Positions 1 to 9,117 of a DNA stretch of 64,000 bases are shown here, in pieces. Source of the stretch: Clostridia bacterium (lineage in GTDB: Bacteria; Bacillota; Clostridia; Christensenellales; Borkfalkiaceae); assembly GCA_900767195.1 (NCBI GenBank), contig CAAFYG010000078.1:32-64031 (forward strand), read 5' to 3'. The notes below the pieces were generated by a model that did not search any database, was not told where the DNA came from, and worked only from the letters and a program-made list of their open reading frames with translations. Every line of letters begins with the position of its first letter. Position 1 is the first letter of the stretch. The translations under genes and the position numbers were made by a program.

Positions 1-84
1 GCGCGGCAGATTTTTATAAAAATTTATTTTACCATTCTTATTTTGCAAGAATTTTAACTTTTTTTTGGGAATTTTTTCAAATAG

Positions 85-265
85 AAAACAAGCTACGCCC
101 CTTGATTTTTAGAAATTTTTTGTCAAAAATATTCAGAAAATCAAAAATGGGCTTCGCCCCTTGATCTTCAGAAATTTCTTCCGAAATATTCAAAATATCA
201 AAAATCGGCTACGCCTCTCATCCGCCACCAAATGGCGACAGCTCCCTCCCCCGGGGGGGGGATAA
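85..265. repeat. Cluster of palindromic intergenic repeat units (family member A) ending in a G/C palindrome CCCCCGGGGGGGG
   Basis: Units 'cgccccttgattttcagaaatttcttccgaaatattcagaaaatcaaaaatgggct' repeated in tandem; same units recur at 11060, 22305, 31805, 59948. Confidence 0.7.
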
Positions 266-296
266 AAGGAAAATCCTTAAAACAAGGTAAACTTTT

Positions 297-1253
297 TCAA
301 TTCTCGTCTATATAGTAAAACGAATCGTCGGCGCGGCGGCGCACTTTCTTGAAATTCCCGATCGTTTCGTTCACCGTTTCCACAAACGCGAACGTATCCG
401 GGTACTTCCTGATGATATTCTCGAAATCGATAATCTGATGCCGGCTCACTACGCAGATAATCACATCGCGCTCGGTGTTGCTGTACACCCCCGTGCCGAT
501 CAGTTTCGTAGCGCTGTGTTTCAATTTTTCCACGATTTCCCGATCGATCTCTTCCGCGTGTTTCGTGATAATTAAAAACTTATACGCCGACTTCACGCCC
601 TGCAGACTTCGATTCGCCATAAACGACGAAATAAAGCAATACAAAATGCACATGCACACCGGCTTATAATTGCGGATCACCGCACCTGTAGCCGAATCAA
701 CGTCGGTATACACGAAATACGAGGCAATCGCCACCGTGGCGTTCAGCGCAAAAAGCACCCAGAAAAAATTCAGGTACGGACTTTTTTTATTCACGAATTT
801 CGAAATCACGTCCGTGCCGCCCGTAGAGCCGTTGCGGCGGAACGCAAACCCGTAGGCAAACCCGCTGATCACCCCGGAAATCAGCACGGGGTAGATCGTG
901 TCCGCGCCTTTCGAATCATAGCGGAAGCTGTTTAAAACGTTGGTTTTGCTAAGCAGCAGATACACGCCCGAATAAATCAGGCAATAGGCGAGCGTTTTCA
1001 GCGCAAAATCTTTTTCCACGAAAAAATAGGCAAAAACGCACAGCGGCACGTTGATCACGAGCGACATGTACGCAAGATTCATTTTTCCGCCCGTGAGATA
1101 ATCGATCATGGTTGCCACGCCGTTCAATCCGGACGGCGCGAATTTATTGCGCACCACAAACAAATCGTAATTGAGCGCCATTAAAACCGCCATCGCCGCA
1201 ATGATCGCGTAATCGGTGATTTTTACTTTCGTCATTCGTTTTTCGTTTGCCAT
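297..1253 (-). CDS. YitT family membrane protein (DUF161 N-terminal TM region + DUF2179 C-terminal domain)
   Basis: 318 aa; multi-TM N-terminus, GSTGGTD motif, C-terminal 'KHAEEIDREIVEKL...' DUF2179-like; ATG with GGGAGAAA RBS. Confidence 0.8.
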   Translation of the reverse strand: MANEKRMTKVKITDYAIIAAMAVLMALNYDLFVVRNKFAPSGLNGVATMIDYLTGGKMNLAYMSLVINVPLCVFAYFFVEKDFALKTLAYCLIYSGVYLLLSKTNVLNSFRYDSKGADTIYPVLISGVISGFAYGFAFRRNGSTGGTDVISKFVNKKSPYLNFFWVLFALNATVAIASYFVYTDVDSATGAVIRNYKPVCMCILYCFISSFMANRSLQGVKSAYKFLIITKHAEEIDREIVEKLKHSATKLIGTGVYSNTERDVIICVVSRHQIIDFENIIRKYPDTFAFVETVNETIGNFKKVRRRADDSFYYIDEN

Positions 1254-1304
1254 TTTTTCGTTTCTCCCGCGCCGTTTTCGGCTTACCCTGCCTGCCCTTA
1301 TTTT

Positions 1305-2276
1305 TTATTTCGCTTCTTCGTCTTGCCGGCGGCGGAAATTGCCCGATACCCCCGCCACTTCGGTGTAGTACACAAACGTATCGGGATATTTTTTCAGTAT
1401 GTTTAAAAACTCGGGAATCTGCCGCAGATTCACCACGGAAAAAATCACCGCGCTGTCGCTTTCCGTAAACATTCCCCGGCTGCCTACCACCGTTGCGCCG
1501 TGTTTCAGATTATACAAAATTTCCCCGCGGATTTCCTCGGGGTGTTTCGTGACGATTTTAAATTCCACGGCATTGCGCGAATCTTTCATAAACGCAGCCG
1601 CCACGCGCTCGTACGCGAACATCTGCACTACCGAAAGCAGAATGCTGTCCAGCTCGCGATACACCGCATACGAAATGAATATAATCGCATACGAAATCAC
1701 GGCGATCACGCGCTCTACGTTGAGATACGGGCGACTTTTCTGCACCATGCACGCCACGATGTCCACCCCGCCCGTAGACATGCCGATACGCAGCAACATT
1801 CCCATGCGCGCGCCCAGAATAATGCCCGAAAAAATCGCGGGCAAAAATCTGTCCGTTTCGGTGTGATACTGATAAAAATCGACGCGTTTTAAAACGATTA
1901 AAAACAGCGAATTCAATACGGTGAACGCGAGCGTGCCGATCACGTACCGCCTTTTCAGCACAAACAGCGCGGCAATTAAAAGCGGCGCGTTGAGCGCGAG
2001 CATATACCACCCCGCGTTGACGTTCGTGATTTTTTGCAGCATCGTAGCGATACCGTCCATGCCCGCCGGCGCAAAGTTCGCGGGATAGACAAACACGTGA
2101 AACCCAAACGCGGAAATAATCGAAGCAAGCAGCACCGTGGCGCAATCGATTAGCAGTTTTTTCACGGTTTTGCCGTCCGGTTTGTTTGTTTTGTTATGTT
2201 TAGCCGCGCCGTTTCGGGCGGCGTTTAAAGTAGTTTTTGTATCGTTGGCTTCGTTTTGCGGATTTTCAGCCGACAT
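1305..2276 (-). CDS. YitT family membrane protein, tandem paralog with low-complexity N-terminal extension
   Basis: 323 aa; STGGVD motif, C-terminal 'KHPEEIRGEILYNLKH...' matches upstream paralog; AAGGAG RBS. Confidence 0.8.
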   Translation of the reverse strand: MSAENPQNEANDTKTTLNAARNGAAKHNKTNKPDGKTVKKLLIDCATVLLASIISAFGFHVFVYPANFAPAGMDGIATMLQKITNVNAGWYMLALNAPLLIAALFVLKRRYVIGTLAFTVLNSLFLIVLKRVDFYQYHTETDRFLPAIFSGIILGARMGMLLRIGMSTGGVDIVACMVQKSRPYLNVERVIAVISYAIIFISYAVYRELDSILLSVVQMFAYERVAAAFMKDSRNAVEFKIVTKHPEEIRGEILYNLKHGATVVGSRGMFTESDSAVIFSVVNLRQIPEFLNILKKYPDTFVYYTEVAGVSGNFRRRQDEEAK

Positions 2277-2617
2277 AACCGTTCAAAGCTCCTTGCCGCA
2301 CGGAAATAAGCACCTGCGGCTATAACATTATACGCCATTTGCGGCGGAAAGTCAATAGCTTTTAAAATGCTTTTAAAATGCAAGTGAAAAATTTTTAACG
2401 CTATCCCTGCAAACGGCGCGCCGAAAAAGCACAAAAGCACCGCGCCGAACATAGCGGCATAGAAAAACGGCGTATATTCTTTGCCCGCGCGTGCGGAGCA
2501 CGGTTTCTGCGTAATGCTCGCCGCCGCGTTGGATAAAATCGGCAACGCGATATATGCCGCCGTCATAAAAGCGAGCGGAAAGCGTTGATACGAACTCTGC
2601 TTTATATCATCGAAGCG

Positions 2618-3265
2618 TTACAGTTTAAAGCATTTGCGCACGTCTTTGTACTCGCCGAGCACAAGCAGGTGCGCACCCTCTTCCACCACGGAATTGCAAT
2701 TCACCGAAAGCAGCGTTTTTCCTTCCTTTTTAAACGCGAGAATGTTCACGCCGAAACGTTTGCGGATATCGATTTCGCCCACCGTTTTTCCGATCCACGC
2801 GGCGGGCGGCGTAACTTCGAAAATGCCCGATTCGTCGCCGAGCTCGATATAGTCGCTTAAATTATCCGAAGCGTAGCGGATCGCCGTCCAGTACGCAAGC
2901 TGCCGTTCGGGGTATACGATATTGTCCGCGCCGTTGCGTAAAAGGAATTTCCCTTGCACGTCGTTGCAGGCGCGCGAAACCACCTTTTTCGCCCCGCAAT
3001 CTTTTAAAAGCGACGTGATTTCCAGCGAGGACTGAAAATCGTCGCCGATCGCCACGATGCAAAGATCGAAGCGCGGCACGTCGAGCGATTTTAAAAATTC
3101 CGCGCGCGTGCAATCGCCGATCCGCGCGTCCGTCACGTAGGGCAAAGCGTCGTTCACGCGCTCTTCGGTTTCGTCTACGGCAAGCACTTCGTGATCCATT
3201 TCGCTCAATTTCTTCGCCACGTTCAGTCCGAACCTTCCAAGACCTATCAATAATACGTTTTTCAT
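2618..3265 (-). CDS. ktrA: Potassium uptake system NAD-binding peripheral subunit TrkA/KtrA
   Basis: Start placed at internal MKNVLLIGLGRFG (Rossmann GxGxxG) with AAAGGAGA RBS; ORF frame extends to 3298. Confidence 0.75.
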   Translation of the reverse strand: MKNVLLIGLGRFGLNVAKKLSEMDHEVLAVDETEERVNDALPYVTDARIGDCTRAEFLKSLDVPRFDLCIVAIGDDFQSSLEITSLLKDCGAKKVVSRACNDVQGKFLLRNGADNIVYPERQLAYWTAIRYASDNLSDYIELGDESGIFEVTPPAAWIGKTVGEIDIRKRFGVNILAFKKEGKTLLSVNCNSVVEEGAHLLVLGEYKDVRKCFKL

Positions 3266-3294
3266 CTGATTTTTCTCCTTTTTCCGCCGTGGAA

Positions 3295-4647
3295 TCAACC
3301 CACCGCGATCGTGCCGAGCGGTAAGCTTCCGTCATCGCCGGATCTTCCGCCGAACGCCACCGCCGTAAACAGCGTAAGTCCGCCCACGCGCCCGAAATAC
3401 ATCAGCGCGATTAAAATAATGTGCGAAGCCGCCGAAAGTCCCGCCGTAATTCCCGTCGACAGCCCCACCGTGGCGATCGCCGAAGCCGTTTCGAACATAC
3501 AATCGACAACCGGCAATTTTTCGATCGACGAAATCGCAACGCTGCCCGCAAAAAACAGCGTGATGTACAAAAATGCGATCGTCGCCGCGTCTTTCACCGT
3601 ATCGCTCGAAATCCGCCTGCCGAAGCAGCGCACCTCTCTCCGTTTTCTCACCGCCGCGATCGCCGCGCAAAAAAGCACCGCCATCGTGGTGATTTTCATA
3701 CCGCCGGCAGTAGAGCCGGACGCGCCGCCGATCAGCATCAACGCAATCGTAACCAGGAGCGACGCCTCGCTCATTTTCGAGTAATCCACCGTATTAAACC
3801 CCGCCGTACGCGGCGTTACCGTCTGAAAAAACGAAGCGAGCGCGCGTTCGCCGCCCGAAAGCTCGGCCTTCCATGCCGCCGAAGAAAATTCCGCGAAATA
3901 GAAATACAAAGAAGGAATAAATACGAGCAGCGCGCCGAACAGAAGCACCGCTTTGCTCTGCACGGAATACTTTTTCAGCCGGAATTTGTTTCTGCCGATA
4001 TCGCCCCACACCGAAAAGCCGAGTCCGCCGCTCAAAATCAAGCCGCAAATCGTGAAATTCACAAGCGGAGAGCCTACGAACGCCGTCAGCGAAGAAAATC
4101 GCCCCGTTTCCGCGCCCATTAAATCGAATCCCGCATTGCAATACGCCGACACCGAGTGAAAAACCGCATACCAAAGTCCACGCGCGCCGAACCGCGAACA
4201 GAACGCGGGCATAAGCAGCAGCGCGCCGATCGTTTCTACGGCAAGCGAAAACAGTAAAATAAACCGCGCGTATCTCCACGCGCCTTTGCCTTCTTCGGCG
4301 GAAACCGATTCGAGCATGGTGTTCTGCCCGGAAAGCCTCAATTTTTTTCCCGCGGCAACGGCGAACGTCACGGCAAGCGTCACCACGCCCACGCCGCCCG
4401 CCTGAATCAGCGTAATAATCGTCAGTTTCCCGAATAAAGAAAAATACGTAGCCGTATCGCGCACGATCAACCCCGTAACGCACACGGCGGAAGTCGAAGT
4501 AAACAACGCGTCGAGAAAGGGCGTGCTTTCGCGGCTTCTCGTTGCAATCGGCAGCGAAAGCAGAATACTGCCGAGCAATATCGCCGCCGCATATCCCAGA
4601 ATAATCGTCTGTGCCGAAGTCAGCCGTCTGTTTTTCAAGTGTTCCAT
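3295..4647 (-). CDS. ktrB: Potassium uptake membrane subunit TrkH/KtrB
   Basis: ~450 aa polytopic protein with repeated pore-loop-like segments typical of TrkH/KtrB; overlaps ktrA start; start set at MEHLKN (ORF extends to 4716). Confidence 0.7.
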   Translation of the reverse strand: MEHLKNRRLTSAQTIILGYAAAILLGSILLSLPIATRSRESTPFLDALFTSTSAVCVTGLIVRDTATYFSLFGKLTIITLIQAGGVGVVTLAVTFAVAAGKKLRLSGQNTMLESVSAEEGKGAWRYARFILLFSLAVETIGALLLMPAFCSRFGARGLWYAVFHSVSAYCNAGFDLMGAETGRFSSLTAFVGSPLVNFTICGLILSGGLGFSVWGDIGRNKFRLKKYSVQSKAVLLFGALLVFIPSLYFYFAEFSSAAWKAELSGGERALASFFQTVTPRTAGFNTVDYSKMSEASLLVTIALMLIGGASGSTAGGMKITTMAVLFCAAIAAVRKRREVRCFGRRISSDTVKDAATIAFLYITLFFAGSVAISSIEKLPVVDCMFETASAIATVGLSTGITAGLSAASHIILIALMYFGRVGGLTLFTAVAFGGRSGDDGSLPLGTIAVG

Positions 4648-4728
4648 GCCTATAATTATATCACGCCGCAAAAAAAAGTCAAGCAAACAAAAACCGTTTG
4701 CCCGACTTTTTCCCAAGCTCCTTTTTCT

Positions 4729-5478
4729 CTACCCGATGTTACCCGGCACGCCGCCGAATGCCGCGCCTGCCGCCGCGCCGCGTTCCTCCTCTTCCGCGCG
4801 CCGGCTCTCGCCGCGGAACGCGTACAAATCGAATTCCGTTTCGATATCGAAATCTTCCGCGTTGTCGAAAGCGGCGAGTTTCGATACCGATACTTCGTAC
4901 GCCGTCATCGTCTTTGTTTCCGTTTCGCTGAGTTTTTTCTGATATTCGCGGCTCTGTATCCGCCCCGAAATCGCCACCTTATCCCCCACGGAAAGGTTTT
5001 TCACAAACCGTGCGTTGCGCCCCCATGCGATACACGGAATATAATCGGACTTATTATACGCGCGGTTTACGGCGATCAGCACGTCGGCAATTTCGCGGTT
5101 GAAAGGCGTAGTGCGGTACACGGGCGGCTTACAGATATACCCGCTTAAAAGAATGCCGTTCGGGTTTCTGTTCTCGTCGATTTCCTCGATGTCTCTAACG
5201 AACACCGTGAGCATCAGCCGCGATTTGCCGTTTTCCAGCTTATTATAGCTTCTGAATTGCCCCGACGCCGCCACGAAAGAGCCTTTTTTTAAATCGTGCG
5301 CTTCGATCAGGCGTTCGCTCACCGTTACGGGAAGCACGTCCGCCTGACCGGAAAGCCGCATCACTTTCAGGTAAAATTCGTAGAACCCCTCGCCGTACAC
5401 CTCGTGCGAGAACGTTTTATCCGATACGATCTCCCCCGTCACATACACCTTGTTGTTTTTTTCCGCCGCGTAATTCAT
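4729..5478 (-). CDS. SSB-like protein with two predicted OB-fold segments (single-stranded DNA-binding family, divergent)
   Basis: Second half 'IPCIAWGRNARFVKNLSVGDKVAISGRIQSREYQ...TMTAYEVSV' resembles SSB OB fold; ATG with GGAGGTG RBS (ORF track start is GTG at 5490). Confidence 0.45.
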   Translation of the reverse strand: MNYAAEKNNKVYVTGEIVSDKTFSHEVYGEGFYEFYLKVMRLSGQADVLPVTVSERLIEAHDLKKGSFVAASGQFRSYNKLENGKSRLMLTVFVRDIEEIDENRNPNGILLSGYICKPPVYRTTPFNREIADVLIAVNRAYNKSDYIPCIAWGRNARFVKNLSVGDKVAISGRIQSREYQKKLSETETKTMTAYEVSVSKLAAFDNAEDFDIETEFDLYAFRGESRRAEEEERGAAAGAAFGGVPGNIG

Positions 5479-5564
5479 TGTTGTTTTCACCTCCGTTTTT
5501 CTTGGTTTTTATATGGTTTTTGTTTTTTAAAAACTGCGTTTTTCCGCACACTACCCCGTGCGTT

Positions 5565-6332
5565 TTAATTCGCGGGGATCTGCCGCCCGTCGCTTTTCAT
5601 CGAATAGTTTTCACGGTAAATCATTTCGCCGATCGGCACGAAACGATAGCCTTTGTTTTTCAGCGCGGACAAAATCACGGGCAACGCGTCCGCCGTGTGC
5701 AAGCCGTTGTTGTGGCAAAGAATAATCGAGCCGCTTTTCACGCCGTTTACCACCCGCAGCGCGATTTCCTGCCCGGAAAGGTTTTTCCAGTCAAGCGAGT
5801 CCACGTCCCATTGAATGGTGTACAGCCCCATTTCTTTCGCCGTTTCCACAAGCAGATCGTTGTAATCGCCGAACGGCGGGCGGAACAAATCGACTTTTTT
5901 CCCCGTGACGTTCTCGATCGCTTCGCAAGAAGTTTTCAATTCGCTTTGAATCTGCTCTTTCGTCAGCTCGCTCATTTTCGGGTGCGTGCGACTGTGCGTG
6001 CCGATTTCATGGCCTGCCGCCGCGATTTTTTTCACGTAGTCGGGGTACTTTTCCGCCCAGAACTGCACCATGAAAAACGTACATTTCACGTCCTGTTCGT
6101 CCATGATTTTCAAAAGCTCGTCGGTGTGTTCCGCGCCCCAGGCGCAGTCGAAAGAAATCGCGATCGTTTTATCTTCGCGCTCCACCGAGTAGATGGGCAG
6201 CACCCGCTTTTTTGCAAACGCCGCATACGCCGCCGGCGCGAACGCGTTCGCCGCGAACACCGCCGCAATCAGCGCAACCGCCGCAAAAAACGAAATCGCC
6301 GCCTTCTTCTTGCCTATGCAGAAAATTTTCAT
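5565..6332 (-). CDS. Polysaccharide deacetylase family protein (NodB homology, PdaA-like), N-terminal signal/TM
   Basis: 255 aa; 'TFFMVQFW...GHEIGTHS.TH' NodB motifs; GGTGAAGGA RBS. Confidence 0.75.
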   Translation of the reverse strand: MKIFCIGKKKAAISFFAAVALIAAVFAANAFAPAAYAAFAKKRVLPIYSVEREDKTIAISFDCAWGAEHTDELLKIMDEQDVKCTFFMVQFWAEKYPDYVKKIAAAGHEIGTHSRTHPKMSELTKEQIQSELKTSCEAIENVTGKKVDLFRPPFGDYNDLLVETAKEMGLYTIQWDVDSLDWKNLSGQEIALRVVNGVKSGSIILCHNNGLHTADALPVILSALKNKGYRFVPIGEMIYRENYSMKSDGRQIPAN

Positions 6333-6675
6333 TCCTTCACCGCCGTTTCCCCCCGCCCGAAAGTTTGCTTCTCTATTCTACCGCGCTTCGCCGAGCAAAA
6401 TTTTCGCTTTTTCGGGGGAATTATAAAAAGCTTTGTCGAAAACGCCGTTTTTTCCGCGCGCCCGTCGCCACGCTTTTGTATCTTCACATTATCTTATTCT
6501 TTCCGCGCCGCCGTTATGCCGCTTTTTTGCCTACGATACGCTTTCACGCCGCAAAACCGCCGCAAAAATTTTTAAACGGCATTATTTTAACGATATTCAA
6601 AATCCGTTGTAAAACCGTTGACACCCGAAAAAAAATATGATAAAATAAAATCGAATTTCAAAAAGGAGAGCAAGA

Positions 6676-7521
6676 ATGAACAACGAAGTGTTCGAATCCG
6701 GCGGCGAGCCGAAAACGCAAAACGAGCCGCAAAAACAAAGCGAAATCGAAATCGCGATGCGCGCGGAAAATTTAAGAAAAACGTTTAAACTTTCGGCAAA
6801 GCAGCGCAAAACGCAAAAGACGGCAGAGCGCACGAAAACGGCGGTGGACGGGCTTTCTTTCACCGTAAAAAAAGGCGAAATTTACGGGCTTCTCGGCCCG
6901 AACGGCGCGGGCAAAACCACCACGCTCCGCATGCTCGCCACGCTCATAAAGCCGGACGGCGGCGACGCGTTCGTAAACGGTCTCAGCGTAACGAAAGAGG
7001 CGGACAAGGTGCGCAACGAAATCGGTTTTTTAACGAGCGAATTAAAGCCCGACGAATTTTTCACGCCCTCGTATCTCTTCGATTTTTACGCGGAACTGCA
7101 CGGCATGAGCGAGGCGCAGGCGGCAGAGCGCAAATCGCTTTTATTCTCGCGCTTCGGCGTAGATCAATTCGCCGAAACGAAAATTGCCGATCTTTCCACG
7201 GGCATGAAACAAAAAGTTTCCATCGCGATTTCTCTCGTACACGACCCCGATTTCATCATTTTCGACGAGCCGACCAACGGACTGGACGTACTCACGGCGA
7301 AAACCGTAACCGACTTTCTGCTCGAACAGAAAGAACGCGGCAAAACGGTGCTGTTATCCACGCATATTTTCTCGCTCGTAGAAAAGATATGCGATCGCGC
7401 AGGCATTATCATCGACGGAAAAATGACGCGCGAAGGCGAAGTGAAAGAGCTTACGAAAGAAAAATCGCTCGAGGACGTATTCTTCGACTTATACGCGGCG
7501 GTGAAGGGGGAAAATAAATGA
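6676..7521 (+). CDS. ABC transporter ATP-binding protein
   Basis: Walker A GPNGAGKTT, signature LSTGMKQKVSIA, Walker B IIFDEPTNGLD; AAAGGAGAG RBS. Confidence 0.9.
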   Translation: MNNEVFESGGEPKTQNEPQKQSEIEIAMRAENLRKTFKLSAKQRKTQKTAERTKTAVDGLSFTVKKGEIYGLLGPNGAGKTTTLRMLATLIKPDGGDAFVNGLSVTKEADKVRNEIGFLTSELKPDEFFTPSYLFDFYAELHGMSEAQAAERKSLLFSRFGVDQFAETKIADLSTGMKQKVSIAISLVHDPDFIIFDEPTNGLDVLTAKTVTDFLLEQKERGKTVLLSTHIFSLVEKICDRAGIIIDGKMTREGEVKELTKEKSLEDVFFDLYAAVKGENK

Positions 7522-8666
7522 AAACCATACTCACCATAATGAAAAAGGAATTTGCGCGCATTTTCAAAGATAAGCGGCTTGTGCTGTCGCTGATTTTGCC
7601 GGGCGTGTTGATTTATTGTATTTATTCGCTGCTCGGAAGCGTGATCGGCAATATGTTCACGCCGGGCGCGGATCAGACGTACCAAATCGCCGTAATCGAT
7701 CTTCCCGCGGAAATCAGAGCCGATTTCGAAGGCGTGCCTGCGCTTACCTACGAAGAAATTGCGGCAAGCGAGCTTGAAAACGCAAAGCGGCGCGTAACGA
7801 ACGGCGAAATCGACGCCGTGGCGGATTTTTCGGCATATACGGCCGTCGCAGGCGGAACTGCGGGCGCAAACGGCAGCAGCGTAGCGATATACTTTAATTC
7901 CACCGAAACCGATTCTTCCGCCGCGCAATCGCTTGTTTACGCGATCGTATCGGCGCGGCAAACCACGAATTTCACAATCGCCGCACAGGACATCGCCTCC
8001 GATAAAGACGTATCTTCGATGATGCTTTCGATGATCGCGCCGATGCTGCTCGTAACGTTTATCTACGCGGGGTGCATGTCGCTCGTGCCGGAATCGATCG
8101 CGGGCGAAAAGGAGCGCGGATCTTTCGCCACCATGCTTGTAACGCCCGTGAAGCGCAGTCATATCGCGCTCGGCAAAATCATCTCGCTTTCGGCGGCTTC
8201 GCTGATTTCCGCGGCGTGTTCTTTCACGGGCATCGTACTGTCGCTGCCGAAAATGTTTCAATCGGGAGGCTCGGGATTGAATTTTTCCGCCGCCTCCTAC
8301 GGCGTTTCCGATTATCTCCTGCTGCTCTTCGTTGTTGTTTCCACCACGCTCGTGATCGTTGCCCTGATGTCGCTTTTATCCACCGTGGCAAAGAGCGTGA
8401 AAGAAGCCAATTCGTACGCCGGACCTTTGATGATTATCTTTCTTGTGGCGGCGATGGGCAATATGTTTCTCGGCGATAAAATCGGCTCGTGGGCGTATTT
8501 CGTGCCGATACTCAACTCGGTGAAAGCGATGAGCGAGATTTTCTCTTCCGCGGCGAAAACATGGCAGGTGCTGGCGGCGTCGCTTACGAATTTCGCGGCG
8601 GCGGGCGCGCTTTCGTTCGCGCTTGCAAAACTGTTCGACAGCGAAAAAATCATTTCCGGCTCGTAA
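7518..8666 (+). CDS. ABC-2 type transporter permease (NatB-like)
   Basis: 382 aa, N-terminal TM, large extracytoplasmic loop, C-terminal multi-TM; ATGA overlap with ATPase gene. Confidence 0.65.
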   Translation: MKTILTIMKKEFARIFKDKRLVLSLILPGVLIYCIYSLLGSVIGNMFTPGADQTYQIAVIDLPAEIRADFEGVPALTYEEIAASELENAKRRVTNGEIDAVADFSAYTAVAGGTAGANGSSVAIYFNSTETDSSAAQSLVYAIVSARQTTNFTIAAQDIASDKDVSSMMLSMIAPMLLVTFIYAGCMSLVPESIAGEKERGSFATMLVTPVKRSHIALGKIISLSAASLISAACSFTGIVLSLPKMFQSGGSGLNFSAASYGVSDYLLLLFVVVSTTLVIVALMSLLSTVAKSVKEANSYAGPLMIIFLVAAMGNMFLGDKIGSWAYFVPILNSVKAMSEIFSSAAKTWQVLAASLTNFAAAGALSFALAKLFDSEKIISGS

Positions 8667-8683
8667 CAAAAAAACATATCGCG

Positions 8684-8722
8684 CAAGGGGGGGCGAAATG
8701 AAACCGCCCCTCCTTTTTTCTT
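8684..8722 (+). terminator. Rho-independent terminator after ABC transporter operon
   Basis: AAGGGGGGGCG-loop-CGCCCCTCCTT followed by TTTTTTCTT. Confidence 0.65.
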
Positions 8723-8860
8723 CGATTTCCGCGGGCGCGTCATAAACTTTTTCAAGTCTGTCTGTCATATAATACAGCAAGGCTGCGCTAGGGCGAAACG
8801 GCGCAACGCACGGCGGCGAAAAAAAATCAAAAATTTCCGCGAAAATTTCGCGGCAAAGGT

Positions 8861-8889
8861 TTGACAATTTGTTGTTTCGCTGTTATAAT
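8861..8889 (+). promoter_or_regulatory. Consensus sigma-A type promoter for mgtE leader (TTGACA-17-TATAAT)
   Basis: ttgacaatttgttgtttcgctgttataat read directly. Confidence 0.5.
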
Positions 8890-9117
8890 AGAAATGCGGA
8901 TCGGCAAAAACCGACCGCGCAAAATCAAAATTTTTTACAAGGAGGCAACTACCGTGGACGATCGAAGTAGAGGCGACGATAAACCCGGACTAACCGTTTT
9001 TTCGGCAGACGCCCCCTTTGTTTGTTGTTTATTATAAAACAATAGCGGCGCTTTTGCCGTAGCGGGTATATCCCGTTTTATCCGCCTTTCTTTTTCCGCC
9101 TTAGTGCAAAAAAAAAG

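Noticed and set aside
2225-2566. 113-aa hydrophobic ORF overlapping the 5' end of the second yitT gene
   Set aside because: No RBS. It overlaps the well-supported YitT start in another frame. It could be a real small membrane protein, but evidence is insufficient.
8890-9117. M-box (ykoK) Mg2+ riboswitch upstream of mgtE
   Set aside because: Expected from genomic context, but none of the invariant M-box sequence blocks are visible. Left as a search to run rather than a call.
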